Shown here: one piece after another, positions 55,037-63,640 of the stretch | Layout of the letters: every line of letters starts with the position of its first letter | Position numbering within the stretch: position 1 is the first letter of the stretch | Source of the DNA: a virus | Taxonomy: Duplodnaviria; Caudoviricetes | IMG/VR virus record: IMGVR_UViG_3300012987_000009 | Location: 1,690 to 65,689 of that record | Direction: 5' to 3' (one strand) | Length of the DNA: 64,000 bases | Translations under genes and position numbers: made by a program | Notes under the pieces: model-generated | The model's input: the letters and a program-made list of their open reading frames with translations, nothing else | Told to the model about the DNA's origin: nothing | Databases searched by the model: none

Positions 55037-55190
55037 TCGGCTGAAAGAATGGAAGAGCAAGCGTCTTATGAAAGACGAAGGGGATGAAATTACTGATGAA
55101 GTAGTAATCGTATTAGAGTCCCTTTTTGACCCGGCAGGAGATGATTTTGGCTCAAACCCTCCTGGTCACGGGCCAGGTACTCCCCCGTGA
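55002..55190 (+). CDS. 62-aa peptide with Pro/Gly-rich C-terminus
   Basis: Ends DPAGDDFGSNPPGHGPGTPP; GTGA overlap with the next gene. Confidence 0.6.
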   Translation: MKQKQELKELLDRLKEWKSKRLMKDEGDEITDEVVIVLESLFDPAGDDFGSNPPGHGPGTPP

Positions 55191-55636
55191 AAAACCGATA
55201 CATAGGTATAGTGATTCTGTTGGTACTAGGACACGTATTAACAGAATCACACACCTTTATATATTGGATGTGGCCTAAGTCAAAGGATTACTATGTAGAT
55301 CAATGGTTCTTAAAGCCATCATTTAAAGTAGATCAGATAAGCATTCTGTGGTACTCTAAAATGGTGGAAGATTCATTATTGTTAGTTGTATTGTTGTTTG
55401 CCGGAGCTTGTCAGGCGTTTGCTAGGAATTATAAAACATATTTAGAGTGGCAGCGGTATTCGCTCAGATTGTATATTATCTGGATTATTTATTTCGGGTA
55501 TCATGTTTTTGACTTTTGCTCATTTATGTACAACTACAAGACTAATTATATTGCTTATATGGTTGTTTTGGGGACATGTACAATTATATCGTTATTTGTA
55601 GGGTTCTATAAGGTAAAGATGTTTTTGAAAAGCTAG
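55187..55636 (+). CDS. four-TM membrane protein
   Basis: Hydrophobic segments containing GHVLTESH, MVED, YHVFDF. Confidence 0.65.
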   Translation: MKNRYIGIVILLVLGHVLTESHTFIYWMWPKSKDYYVDQWFLKPSFKVDQISILWYSKMVEDSLLLVVLLFAGACQAFARNYKTYLEWQRYSLRLYIIWIIYFGYHVFDFCSFMYNYKTNYIAYMVVLGTCTIISLFVGFYKVKMFLKS

Positions 55637-55663
55637 GTTTAAATATTAAATTTATAACATATC

Positions 55664-56434
55664 GTGATTACTATAAACAATTCAAATAAGCCGCCTAAAT
55701 GGATGGTATACGCGATGCTCATCCTGTTAATATTGCTTGCATATGCTCTTTACAGAGAGTGCAGGCAATCTTATGAGGGGGAAGTTAATCCCGTAGATAT
55801 CCAAGGGAGATTAAAGCGATTAATTAATGATAGCATCGAGAGCTCAAAGAAGCTGGCAGATAATTCCATTCAAAGAGAATTATTAGAGGGGCAGCTTGAA
55901 GTGGCTGATAATAAAAATACGGCCTATCTTGATTCGTTTGGTGTACTTAATAGTGTCCTAAATGGACTTAAAAAAAGATACAAGCCAGTTGTCGCGAGTG
56001 TAGACACAAATGTAACTACTGTTCCAAATGAGTATATAGAAGAGTGCTCTGGTTGTTTCGCGGCAATAGATAAGGCACAACAATTAGGGCTTAGGTATAA
56101 ATCAGAGTTGGATAATAAAGATAATCTAACCAAGTCTAAAATAAAAGTGTTGGACAATAGGATCAGTATTTTAGAAAACCAAAATGTTCAATTAGGTAAG
56201 AGCTATCGTAGTTTATTAGATAGCACCAATAAGGCGGTTCCTGCATTACGTAGAACATTGTTTGCTACCATAGGAGCAATGAGCATTAACCAGATTATGC
56301 CAAATGCTATTGGTGGCGGTTTTTTGTATGAGGACAAAAGACGCCGAATTTTTGGGGCTAAGTATTATGTTAGCAAGTATGGATCTATTTATCAGGGGGA
56401 AATTTCTTTGCCATTATCACTAAAATTTAAATAA
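55664..56434 (+). CDS. spanin-like protein candidate
   Basis: N-terminal TM, long coiled coil, C-terminal amphipathic beta strands. Confidence 0.5.
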   Translation: MITINNSNKPPKWMVYAMLILLILLAYALYRECRQSYEGEVNPVDIQGRLKRLINDSIESSKKLADNSIQRELLEGQLEVADNKNTAYLDSFGVLNSVLNGLKKRYKPVVASVDTNVTTVPNEYIEECSGCFAAIDKAQQLGLRYKSELDNKDNLTKSKIKVLDNRISILENQNVQLGKSYRSLLDSTNKAVPALRRTLFATIGAMSINQIMPNAIGGGFLYEDKRRRIFGAKYYVSKYGSIYQGEISLPLSLKFK

Positions 56435-56437
56435 TAT

Positions 56438-56767
56438 ATGAACAGTAAAAAAGACGGTGAAAAACTCGCATGGATTATTGCAGAGATCATCTTTATTGGG
56501 TTATACATCTTTGTTTCTGGCTGGTATAGCTCTTATTCTAAAATGACCACTAGCCTCCAAGCGTTGGTGTGGGTTGGCAGAGTAGGGATGGTTGCATGTA
56601 TACTGATTTCGTGGATTAAATTTAAAAATCCAAATTTTGATATTTATAGAAAGGTTACCGTTGGTATTGCTATTGTCTTGTCGCTTATTATAGGCATTCA
56701 TCACAGCGTTAGCAGGGAAGATACGCAAGTGATAATTGATAGTCATGAAAACGCTCAAAAGCAATGA
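56438..56767 (+). CDS. three-TM membrane protein
   Basis: Three hydrophobic segments. Confidence 0.6.
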   Translation: MNSKKDGEKLAWIIAEIIFIGLYIFVSGWYSSYSKMTTSLQALVWVGRVGMVACILISWIKFKNPNFDIYRKVTVGIAIVLSLIIGIHHSVSREDTQVIIDSHENAQKQ

Positions 56768-57135
56768 ATTGTTTATATACATATATGTTCATGGCTTTAG
56801 CCGCTGTGTTTAAGGCGTGTGCGGATGCATTTGAAAATACACCAAACTTTGATGAGAGTGTATTTAAAAGGTTGAATAAGAAGTTTTGGTGTAAGGATGT
56901 GTCTTGGCAATATGCCAAGGTTTTGTCGATAAAAATACCGTTTTTTAAGAAACGGGTTGGGTCATATAAAATAGACAGTTGGCATATTAGTATTACACTT
57001 ATGGTTTGTATGATAGCAGCAGCTGTTGTTACATATGTCCCTTGTTATGAATGGTGGCTTCATTATCTGAGTATAGGGCTGATATGGAATGTGGTATTTG
57101 TTTTGTTCTATCATATAATATTTCAAGTTAAATGA
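56764..57135 (+). CDS. three-TM membrane protein
   Basis: Hydrophobic segments flanking FWCKDVSWQY; DSWH motif. Confidence 0.6.
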   Translation: MNCLYTYMFMALAAVFKACADAFENTPNFDESVFKRLNKKFWCKDVSWQYAKVLSIKIPFFKKRVGSYKIDSWHISITLMVCMIAAAVVTYVPCYEWWLHYLSIGLIWNVVFVLFYHIIFQVK

Positions 57136-57734
57136 CAATAACAGTAGACATATTAAAGGCTATTGCACCAGGGAGCAAGAAAACAAATTTCAAGCATTTG
57201 GGAGGATTGGCCCTTTGGATGAACCATTGGTTCCCAAAATTTGAAATTGACACAAAGGGGGAGTTGTGTCATATACTGGCGCAATTAGCCCATGAAAGTG
57301 ACTCATTCAATGCCATGGAGGAATATGCAAGCGGAAATGCGTATGAAGGGCGATTAGATTTAGGGAATAAGATTAAGGGGGATGGTGTTAGGTTCAAAGG
57401 GCGTGGCCCATTGCAAGTAACAGGCCGAAAAAACTACTATTTAATGGGAACGAAGGCAGGCGCTCCGTTAAAATTCATAAACAATCCTGAGCTTCTGGCG
57501 ACGCCAGAGTGGGGGGTATGGTCGGCGTGTATTTTTTGGACTGAAAAAGGGTTGCTCGATATATCAAATATGCCAGATGGGGCAAGAATACCATTAAAAA
57601 TAAAAACCGATAAGGGGTATGAATTAGTGCCGCTGGAACCCATAGTGTACATTAGTAGGCGAGTGAATGGTGGCGTCAATGGTTTGGCAGAAAGGATTAA
57701 GTTTTATGGCAGAGCTAAGGATATTATAAACTAG
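57132..57734 (+). CDS. endolysin, GH19 chitinase/lysozyme-like
   Basis: ILAQLAHES, EEYASG, DLGN...GDGVRFKGRGPLQVTGRKNY, RRVNGGVNGLAER. Confidence 0.9.
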   Translation: MTITVDILKAIAPGSKKTNFKHLGGLALWMNHWFPKFEIDTKGELCHILAQLAHESDSFNAMEEYASGNAYEGRLDLGNKIKGDGVRFKGRGPLQVTGRKNYYLMGTKAGAPLKFINNPELLATPEWGVWSACIFWTEKGLLDISNMPDGARIPLKIKTDKGYELVPLEPIVYISRRVNGGVNGLAERIKFYGRAKDIIN

Positions 57735-57760
57735 CAAGACAATTTATCAATCATTAGTTA

Positions 57761-57794
57761 AACACTGGGGCAACATGAACATTGACCCAGTGTT
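57761..57794. terminator. hairpin between convergent endolysin and sigma genes
   Basis: AACACTGGG...CCCAGTGTT 9-bp stem. Confidence 0.6.
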
Positions 57795-57797
57795 ATA

Positions 57798-58307
57798 TTA
57801 GTGGTGTCGAGTTATATTTTGTTTATTCAGTTTATTCTTCAAGTTTTTCATTCCTTGCTGTAATCCATTTCTAATCGTCAGTGGGTTTGTTTTAAGTTCA
57901 GACGAAACTTCTATCCTAGTATAATCATGTAGATATGTCAGCTTGATTATTTTCTGTTGCTTAGATGGCAAAGTTTCAATGATGGACTGAATGTGCGAGA
58001 TTAAATTTTTCTTTTCTATTTTTTTTAATTCATCCTCAATGGGGGAATAGTTATCGTTCTTCTTTACATAAGCAACATGAAGTTTTTTTTGTCGTAAATG
58101 ATCGATGCATTTATTTCTTGCACTCTTAGTAAGAAGTGTCTTAACCGTTGATTTATTTATTGAAGGTAAATTATCCCATAATTGCATGAATAACTGCATT
58201 GTTATGTCTTCTGCATCTTCTTTAGATAGATTCATTACATTCTTACATTCATTAATTACCCAGCGGTAATATTCATTGAATAGGTTTATATATTCTTCCG
58301 TAGTCAT
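57798..58307 (-). CDS. second ECF-type sigma-70 factor
   Basis: DAEDITMQLFMQLW...TKSARNKCIDHLR; IETLPSKQQKIIKLTYL...EVSSELKTNPLTIRN. Confidence 0.85.
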   Translation of the reverse strand: MTTEEYINLFNEYYRWVINECKNVMNLSKEDAEDITMQLFMQLWDNLPSINKSTVKTLLTKSARNKCIDHLRQKKLHVAYVKKNDNYSPIEDELKKIEKKNLISHIQSIIETLPSKQQKIIKLTYLHDYTRIEVSSELKTNPLTIRNGLQQGMKNLKNKLNKQNITRHH

Positions 58308-58334
58308 ATAGATGAGGTTTAAAAAGTAAGATAA

Positions 58335-58364
58335 GGGGCCAAAACTGGCGAAACAGTTAGCCCC
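58335..58364 (-). terminator. hairpin/terminator upstream of the sigma gene
   Basis: GGGGC..AACTG/CAGTT..GCCCC, followed by a T-rich run on minus. Confidence 0.5.
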
Positions 58365-58384
58365 GGTTAGTTTAGCTTTTGATC

Positions 58385-58762
58385 CTATTTTAGCGCTTCC
58401 AATGCTTTATCTAGTTCCAATAAGTTTATGTCTGATTGAAGTGATTGTTCGTACTCATGGCGAACTACAAGAGTTATGGCTTCATATTGAGATAGGTAGA
58501 AGGTAGTAAGGAATAATTCCCAAGTAGCCTCTAATGGCGTTCCTTTTGGCGAATCCCACCATACCCGAATTGGGTTAGTATTAAATCTCTTTATTGACCC
58601 GATTCTTTCAAGTTCCGTAAGCGATTGAACGGGAGTTAGCTGAAGGGTTCGTTGGAAGTTAGCCGCATTGAGTGGTTTACTCCAATAATCGATGCAAATG
58701 CCAATATCATTAATACGGAATACTGTTACAGTTATATTTTTTCTTATTTGGTCTGTAGTCAT
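58385..58762 (-). CDS. hypothetical protein
   Basis: ORF in leftward operon. Confidence 0.6.
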   Translation of the reverse strand: MTTDQIRKNITVTVFRINDIGICIDYWSKPLNAANFQRTLQLTPVQSLTELERIGSIKRFNTNPIRVWWDSPKGTPLEATWELFLTTFYLSQYEAITLVVRHEYEQSLQSDINLLELDKALEALK

Positions 58763-58800
58763 GGTAGAATAGTTTTTATGGTTAAGTGTTATTGTTTGCC

Positions 58801-59073
58801 TCAGTCTTGTATATGTTTAGGTTTAGATGGCTCATAGTAACTGTATACAATAGCTCCATCTGGTGCGAGTATGCATACTTTGCCGGTCTCTACACACTTA
58901 AACCATCCATAACCGTATCCAGACATCCCGCGACGTTCTGGACATGGGTCTTTGGGGCGACGTGATGTGGCGCAACTACAGGCTACAATAGTAATAAAAA
59001 GGGCCAATAAAAAGAATGTGAAATGAATTGATGATCTTCTTTCCTTGTGTGGGTTAATACGGGTTTGTTTCAT
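58801..59073 (-). CDS. putative lipoprotein/membrane protein
   Basis: FTFFLLALFITIVACSC lipobox-like segment. Confidence 0.6.
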   Translation of the reverse strand: MKQTRINPHKERRSSIHFTFFLLALFITIVACSCATSRRPKDPCPERRGMSGYGYGWFKCVETGKVCILAPDGAIVYSYYEPSKPKHIQD

Positions 59074-59082
59074 TTGATTGTT

Positions 59083-59220
59083 TTATTTAGTGTTTAGCGA
59101 ATCTAACAGAATAGCGGTGGTGCCAAAGCAGACAACACTTATAGTGTGTTCTCCAGTAAAGAGAGCGTACCACCCAATAAAGAAAAACAGAAGTAGTTTC
59201 CACCAGCGATAAACTTTCAT
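59083..59220 (-). CDS. 45-aa membrane peptide (not in ORF track)
   Basis: MKVYRWWKLLLFFFIGWYALFTG...; ATGA-type overlap with upstream gene. Confidence 0.55.
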   Translation of the reverse strand: MKVYRWWKLLLFFFIGWYALFTGEHTISVVCFGTTAILLDSLNTK

Positions 59221-59576
59221 TTATTGTGAGCTGTTGTTTTTTGGTTAATGAATTTAATAAATGACCCAAAGTCTTTTTGTATTTCTAAGCACTTTTGTTT
59301 TAGGTCAATATTTTTCTCCCCGGTGTATTCCATGATTAAAGTCCTTACGCATGGAATATTAGGACTGCCATTCCATTTTATAGAAATAAAGTTTTTAACG
59401 CCATTGTAGGCTTGTTCTTTAGTGGCCGTGGACTCTGTTTTGCGTTTGTGTTTCTTTCTTTTCTCCCAAGGCAATGACTTGTTGCCAGTTCTTGGGAAGC
59501 CATACCCCCTGCCTAAATATTCTCCTGTATAAAAATCAAAATCTCCATTGATTAAGCCATCTGCAATGTCCCCCAT
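59217..59576 (-). CDS. hypothetical protein
   Basis: MGDIADGLINGDFD...GEYLGRGYGFPRT pattern. Confidence 0.65.
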   Translation of the reverse strand: MGDIADGLINGDFDFYTGEYLGRGYGFPRTGNKSLPWEKRKKHKRKTESTATKEQAYNGVKNFISIKWNGSPNIPCVRTLIMEYTGEKNIDLKQKCLEIQKDFGSFIKFINQKTTAHNK

Positions 59577-59587
59577 AACGTATATTT

Positions 59588-59932
59588 TTAAAGGTTAGTT
59601 TTAGCCCATGAACGTATTAATTCCCCATCGCCTTGTGATAAATAGATGACATAGTGTTTGTAGCGTCCATGCCTATCGGTTTTCCAGGTGCAGGTAAAGC
59701 GCTTAAACAATGTGCCATGAGACTTGAAAAGTTCATTGAATACGCCCTCGTTATCACAGTTTATTTTCGCCTCAGTCTTGGTATAGTTCATCGTTGTTTC
59801 ATCGGCCAGTAGGATGGTGTCTGCTGAGTTTACAACTGAAGGGCATTTGTCGCGTGTTTGGCTGTGAGCTTTTAAATAGAAGGCTCCCAATTGAGCGACA
59901 ATAAGAAAGGCGATAATTGCAATCTTTTTCAT
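59588..59932 (-). CDS. secreted protein (Sec signal peptide)
   Basis: MKKIAIIAFLIVAQLGAFYLKAHS|Q. Confidence 0.65.
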   Translation of the reverse strand: MKKIAIIAFLIVAQLGAFYLKAHSQTRDKCPSVVNSADTILLADETTMNYTKTEAKINCDNEGVFNELFKSHGTLFKRFTCTWKTDRHGRYKHYVIYLSQGDGELIRSWAKTNL

Positions 59933-59949
59933 GTTTTAGTAGGGTTTAT

Positions 59950-60210
59950 TTAGTTAGTGGAAATAAATGAATCATAGTCAATATCATAATCAATAGACAA
60001 TAACATCCTTTTGTGTGAGATTGGGAAGTTATGCATTTTGCCCCAGTCCCTTTGTACTACAAAATCAAATACGGACATAAGAGGCAATGTAATTATATTG
60101 TATCCCACATCGGAAGTGTATTCCTGTTTGCGACCATAAAGGGCGGCTTTTTTAAGGCAGCACCCGGATAATATTATCGAATTATAGTCAGGGATTGATG
60201 GTATTTTCAT
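59950..60210 (-). CDS. hypothetical protein
   Basis: ORF in operon. Confidence 0.5.
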   Translation of the reverse strand: MKIPSIPDYNSIILSGCCLKKAALYGRKQEYTSDVGYNIITLPLMSVFDFVVQRDWGKMHNFPISHKRMLLSIDYDIDYDSFISTN

Positions 60211-60418
60211 GTTGTTTGTATTGGCGTTTAATGCTGTTCATTAATACGGCTATTTCTATAAGGCTGTCAATATCAAATAATGGCCTACAGCTATCACTAT
60301 ATTGAATTAGTGATCCGTCTATATGGATGGATGCAACCGTTTCGTGGTTAATTGTCAGGTTCCATTGATTGACATTGTATATTACTTTGAATATCCCGTA
60401 TGTAAATTCTGTTTGCAT
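60188..60418 (-). CDS. hypothetical protein
   Basis: ORF in operon. Confidence 0.55.
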   Translation of the reverse strand: MQTEFTYGIFKVIYNVNQWNLTINHETVASIHIDGSLIQYSDSCRPLFDIDSLIEIAVLMNSIKRQYKQHENTINP

Positions 60419-60579
60419 TGATGTTTTATTAGGGTTTATTAATCGGGGCGTAAGTGACTCGTTAAGGCTTCAAGAGCTTTTATTCTAGCCTCTAGCTCTT
60501 TTAGATATATAAATAATTGATCTTCATTCATATTGCTTTTGTTTGAATTTAATAATAATATTTCAATTGGTTAATTGCC

Positions 60580-60846
60580 TCAGTCTTGTAGTCGTTCAAG
60601 CAAGGTATTCATTTTGTCAATTGCCTGTTCGTTCGTATACCCTACAAGCAGCTGTTTTGTGTCTGTGTGGCGGTAACTATAAGCAACTATTAATTGCCTC
60701 ATTAGGTTTATCAACTCTTTTGTTTGTTCTTTTTCCCATTCTGCACCAGCTTTAAAGGCATTTTTTACTGATATTTCGGGAGTGTTAACAAAGCAATCTA
60801 AACTGTATTCGGTTGCAGCCTGATCTAATGTTAATTGATCTGACAT
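60580..60846 (-). CDS. hypothetical protein
   Basis: AATEYS...NAFKAGAEW pattern common in small phage proteins. Confidence 0.65.
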   Translation of the reverse strand: MSDQLTLDQAATEYSLDCFVNTPEISVKNAFKAGAEWEKEQTKELINLMRQLIVAYSYRHTDTKQLLVGYTNEQAIDKMNTLLERLQD

Positions 60847-60870
60847 AAGTATAGTAATTGAATAAGTTAG

Positions 60871-61125
60871 TTAAAAGAATCTCAAATTCCCCTGGTTAGT
60901 TAATGCCGTTATTTCGTTATTATGATGAAAGATCATTTTAGTTATTTTCAGATCATTTGCAACATCCACACTATTTCTGCAAGGGCTGCCCGGGCCCGGT
61001 ATTGCCTTATTGGTATAGGCGACCGATTTAAAGGCTTTCTTCAAGGCCAATATGATATTTTCATCTCCGTATAAGTCTTTATATCTATACATTTCTTTTA
61101 TTGCACGCATAATAATTGACGACAT
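60871..61125 (-). CDS. hypothetical protein
   Basis: ORF in operon. Confidence 0.5.
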   Translation of the reverse strand: MSSIIMRAIKEMYRYKDLYGDENIILALKKAFKSVAYTNKAIPGPGSPCRNSVDVANDLKITKMIFHHNNEITALTNQGNLRFF

Positions 61126-61207
61126 AAAGCATGTTTGAATAAGTTAATAAATAGGGGTAGTATAGGCCATCCCGGAACTACCCCATTGATTACATATGAA
61201 CAACTAG

Positions 61208-61501
61208 CTATTTGTTATTATTTAAGTAATTGATCAATGTTCGCCTCGTTTTGGCGGCTGATTCACCATAAAACGAATGGGCTGTATATTTCCCGTTCTT
61301 ACCCCCTACTCTCTCGCGTATTTCAATACGCGTTTTTAGATGCGCTCTATCCTTTTTAGTTCCAGGCTGAAATAAGTCTTGTAATAATCCTTTAGTCAAT
61401 GATATATCAGTATCGCATAAAGTAAGGTTAAGTACATGCTCATTCCCGCGTCTAAATGTTAATTGAATAAGGTATTGGGGAGTGTGTTTGTATATTTTCA
61501 T
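61208..61501 (-). CDS. hypothetical protein
   Basis: ORF in operon. Confidence 0.6.
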   Translation of the reverse strand: MKIYKHTPQYLIQLTFRRGNEHVLNLTLCDTDISLTKGLLQDLFQPGTKKDRAHLKTRIEIRERVGGKNGKYTAHSFYGESAAKTRRTLINYLNNNK

Positions 61502-61510
61502 GCCTCAGTC

Positions 61511-62425
61511 TTATTTGCGTTTATTCTCAATTGCAATACCTTCAGGGAGATTTAATTTAGCTATTATATTATTAAGCAGTTCGTCCGGTATTGAATCGTA
61601 ACCCTTCCAATTAAAGGCAAGTGTGTTTGAATGACTGTAGTATATGCAGTTTTTTAGCGCTTCTTTCCCTCCTACTTTCAATACCTCCTTTAACACAATT
61701 TCTTCAGTTTTAAGTTTGTTTATTTTTATTTCAAATTCATTTTCTAAGTCGGCTAATTCTTTTTCTTTTTCAGATTTTATGCGCTCTTCCTTTGCCTCCT
61801 GTGTATAATATCCGCTTTCTTGTCTGTTTAACTCTTCAGCCAATTCTTCTTTAGTTGGCGCATTGAATTGCGTTCTTTTGCTATCAACTAAGAACTTTTT
61901 ACTAGTCATTTGTTCTAGTTGTTCGATTGCTATATTTGCCTGATTGCTCCATTGTTCTAAAATTGACATATTTTGTAAGTGTATGGCGTACTGGGTCTTA
62001 TTTTCGGATAGATTTAATACATCGAATTGCGCCTCTCCTATGCGGTAATATTTACAAAATTTATTTTTAAAGTCCTTTGTTCCTGGCTTACTATCAGTAA
62101 AGCCTTCACGTAAATGGTAAAAGCCGTTTTCCACTGCGTACATTGGGATACCTTTGTAATCGCATAAGTGAAGATCAACAAATGTTTTTAGTTCGGGATG
62201 TGCTGCTAATATTTCATCATGACAACAGCCACCCGCAATCCAGTATCTATCAGATAGAGGTTTACCCTTTTCCCATATATCAGCAGTAATCGAAAAGTCT
62301 TGATGACCGTTTTTGCACTCATCATTTAGACGTATTTTAATACGCATTGTGTTGCCGTCTTTATCCTTTGTAGTGATAGTGTGCCGTAAATCATTGCTAG
62401 CTGTTGGGTGTGTTGTAGTTGTCAT
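61511..62425 (-). CDS. early protein with GGCCHDEI...LHLCD putative metal-binding motif
   Basis: 304 aa; DECKNGHQDFSITA, GGCCHDEI, GIPMYAVENGFYH. Confidence 0.7.
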   Translation of the reverse strand: MTTTTHPTASNDLRHTITTKDKDGNTMRIKIRLNDECKNGHQDFSITADIWEKGKPLSDRYWIAGGCCHDEILAAHPELKTFVDLHLCDYKGIPMYAVENGFYHLREGFTDSKPGTKDFKNKFCKYYRIGEAQFDVLNLSENKTQYAIHLQNMSILEQWSNQANIAIEQLEQMTSKKFLVDSKRTQFNAPTKEELAEELNRQESGYYTQEAKEERIKSEKEKELADLENEFEIKINKLKTEEIVLKEVLKVGGKEALKNCIYYSHSNTLAFNWKGYDSIPDELLNNIIAKLNLPEGIAIENKRK

Positions 62426-62524
62426 ATGCTTTAATTTAAAAATGATTAATAAAAAGTAGAGTTATACCATAGGCTGTATAGAATTTATTAATAATTAACA
62501 TTTATTATTTTAAACGGTACATGG

Positions 62525-62713
62525 TTAAATGTGTGTATTGGTTGCTACGAAAATGCCAAATACCTTCTTCTTATCTTCTTTTAGTGGAATTATCCTAGCT
62601 AAAAAATGAGCTTCTTTTTGTGCATTCCGCGTGTGGATTGCGCCCTCCTTTGTGTATCTAATAGCTTCAACCATATATAATCTGCCATTTATTTTTCTGC
62701 GTAATTGTTTCAT
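62525..62713 (-). CDS. hypothetical protein
   Basis: ORF in operon. Confidence 0.5.
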   Translation of the reverse strand: MKQLRRKINGRLYMVEAIRYTKEGAIHTRNAQKEAHFLARIIPLKEDKKKVFGIFVATNTHI

Positions 62714-62784
62714 AATAATCAGTTTAGTAGTGAATTTGTGGTTAAGACCGGTTGCCCGGTTTCGGCTAATAAAGCCATCTTCAG

Positions 62785-63057
62785 TTAACCTTTAGTGAAT
62801 TTTCCCAGTAGGTTGTATTCACGGCAAACATTAATACCTAAATCAGTAAGCCATACGGTTGAATCTTTCCCATCTTTATGCACTTGCACTAAACCCTTTT
62901 TAGATAAAGAAGAATAAACCCCACTAATTTGCTTCGTGTCGGATATGTCGCAACGTTCTGAACCGCACCATATAGAATCTCCCAATTCTTCCCCATAGTC
63001 TGAATTATTAATACCTTCTAAAACTTGCTTTTCCAGGTCAGTTAGATTGATGTTCAT
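62785..63057 (-). CDS. winged-helix-like small protein
   Basis: LTDLEKQVL...QISGVYSSLSKKGLV...WLTDLG. Confidence 0.6.
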   Translation of the reverse strand: MNINLTDLEKQVLEGINNSDYGEELGDSIWCGSERCDISDTKQISGVYSSLSKKGLVQVHKDGKDSTVWLTDLGINVCREYNLLGKFTKG

Positions 63058-63091
63058 ATACTATAATATTAATAAGGTGATCGAATAGGGG

Positions 63092-63310
63092 TTATATAGC
63101 TTGAAAGTATCTTTTGTATTCGTATTCTGAAATCCGACAGCCAAACCCAGGGAAGGAGTTGCGATCGCTGATGCCCACTAATCTTATATCATTGCAATCA
63201 GCCTGATCTTTAGTTATACGAATAGTTATAATTTCCCCCGCTTTAATGGCATTATATCCGTATTGCGGATCAAAAGCTTGGGTGCAAGTGTGTTTGATTA
63301 AGTTGTTCAT
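63092..63310 (-). CDS. hypothetical protein
   Basis: ORF in operon. Confidence 0.5.
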   Translation of the reverse strand: MNNLIKHTCTQAFDPQYGYNAIKAGEIITIRITKDQADCNDIRLVGISDRNSFPGFGCRISEYEYKRYFQAI

Positions 63311-63355
63311 ATTTATTTAAATAAAGGGTGATTGAATACTGTTTGATTAAATCAA

Positions 63356-63553
63356 TTAGGCTATACAGCACCAGTAAAAAGAATTTAGCAGGTCGGCGTC
63401 ATTGGTAAAGTCCATTGATTCATCTTCTGTCCCTTCTATTGCAAGAAAATCAGCAACATATTTAACATACCATGAGCGAGGAACAGATTTAAAACGGCTA
63501 TAATTAGCATATAATCTGCGTTTCATTTGGCTGCGTGTCATTGGTGTGTTCAT
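63356..63553 (-). CDS. hypothetical protein, first gene after the strong promoter
   Basis: Start trimmed to MNTPMTRSQ. Confidence 0.55.
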   Translation of the reverse strand: MNTPMTRSQMKRRLYANYSRFKSVPRSWYVKYVADFLAIEGTEDESMDFTNDADLLNSFYWCCIA

Positions 63554-63574
63554 GTTTGTTTCAGTTTGATAAAT

Positions 63575-63606
63575 CAAAGATAACTATGTAAGTTGTAAGT
63601 TCCAAA
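63575..63606 (-). promoter_or_regulatory. consensus Bacteroidota sigmaA promoter (strong early promoter candidate)
   Basis: TTTG (63606-63603), N20, TATCTTTG (63582-63575). Confidence 0.75.
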
Positions 63607-63607
63607 T

Positions 63608-63640
63608 TTATTCCCCTTAATTATTTGTTAAGGGGAATAA
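63608..63640. terminator. 13-bp perfect hairpin over a stop codon
   Basis: TTATTCCCCTTAA-TTATTTG-TTAAGGGGAATAA. Confidence 0.65.

Larger units (their letters stand above)
59931..60440. repeat. 20-bp direct repeat ATGTTTTA(G/T)TAGGGTTTATT at 59931 and 60421
   Basis: 19/20 identity, both at gene junctions. Confidence 0.75.
58796..61512. repeat. dispersed repeat GCCTCAGTCTT, 4 copies (58798, 59769, 60577, 61502)
   Basis: Exact 11-mer four times; copies 1 and 3 share 16 bp TTGCCTCAGTCTTGTA. Confidence 0.8.

Noticed and set aside
25280-57734. Stop-codon reassignment as in some crAss-like phages
   Set aside because: Long genes are intact under the standard code and tile the region tightly
59087-59269. 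60-aa minus ORF in the ORF track
   Set aside because: A better-coupled 45-aa membrane ORF (59083-59220) in another frame explains the gap
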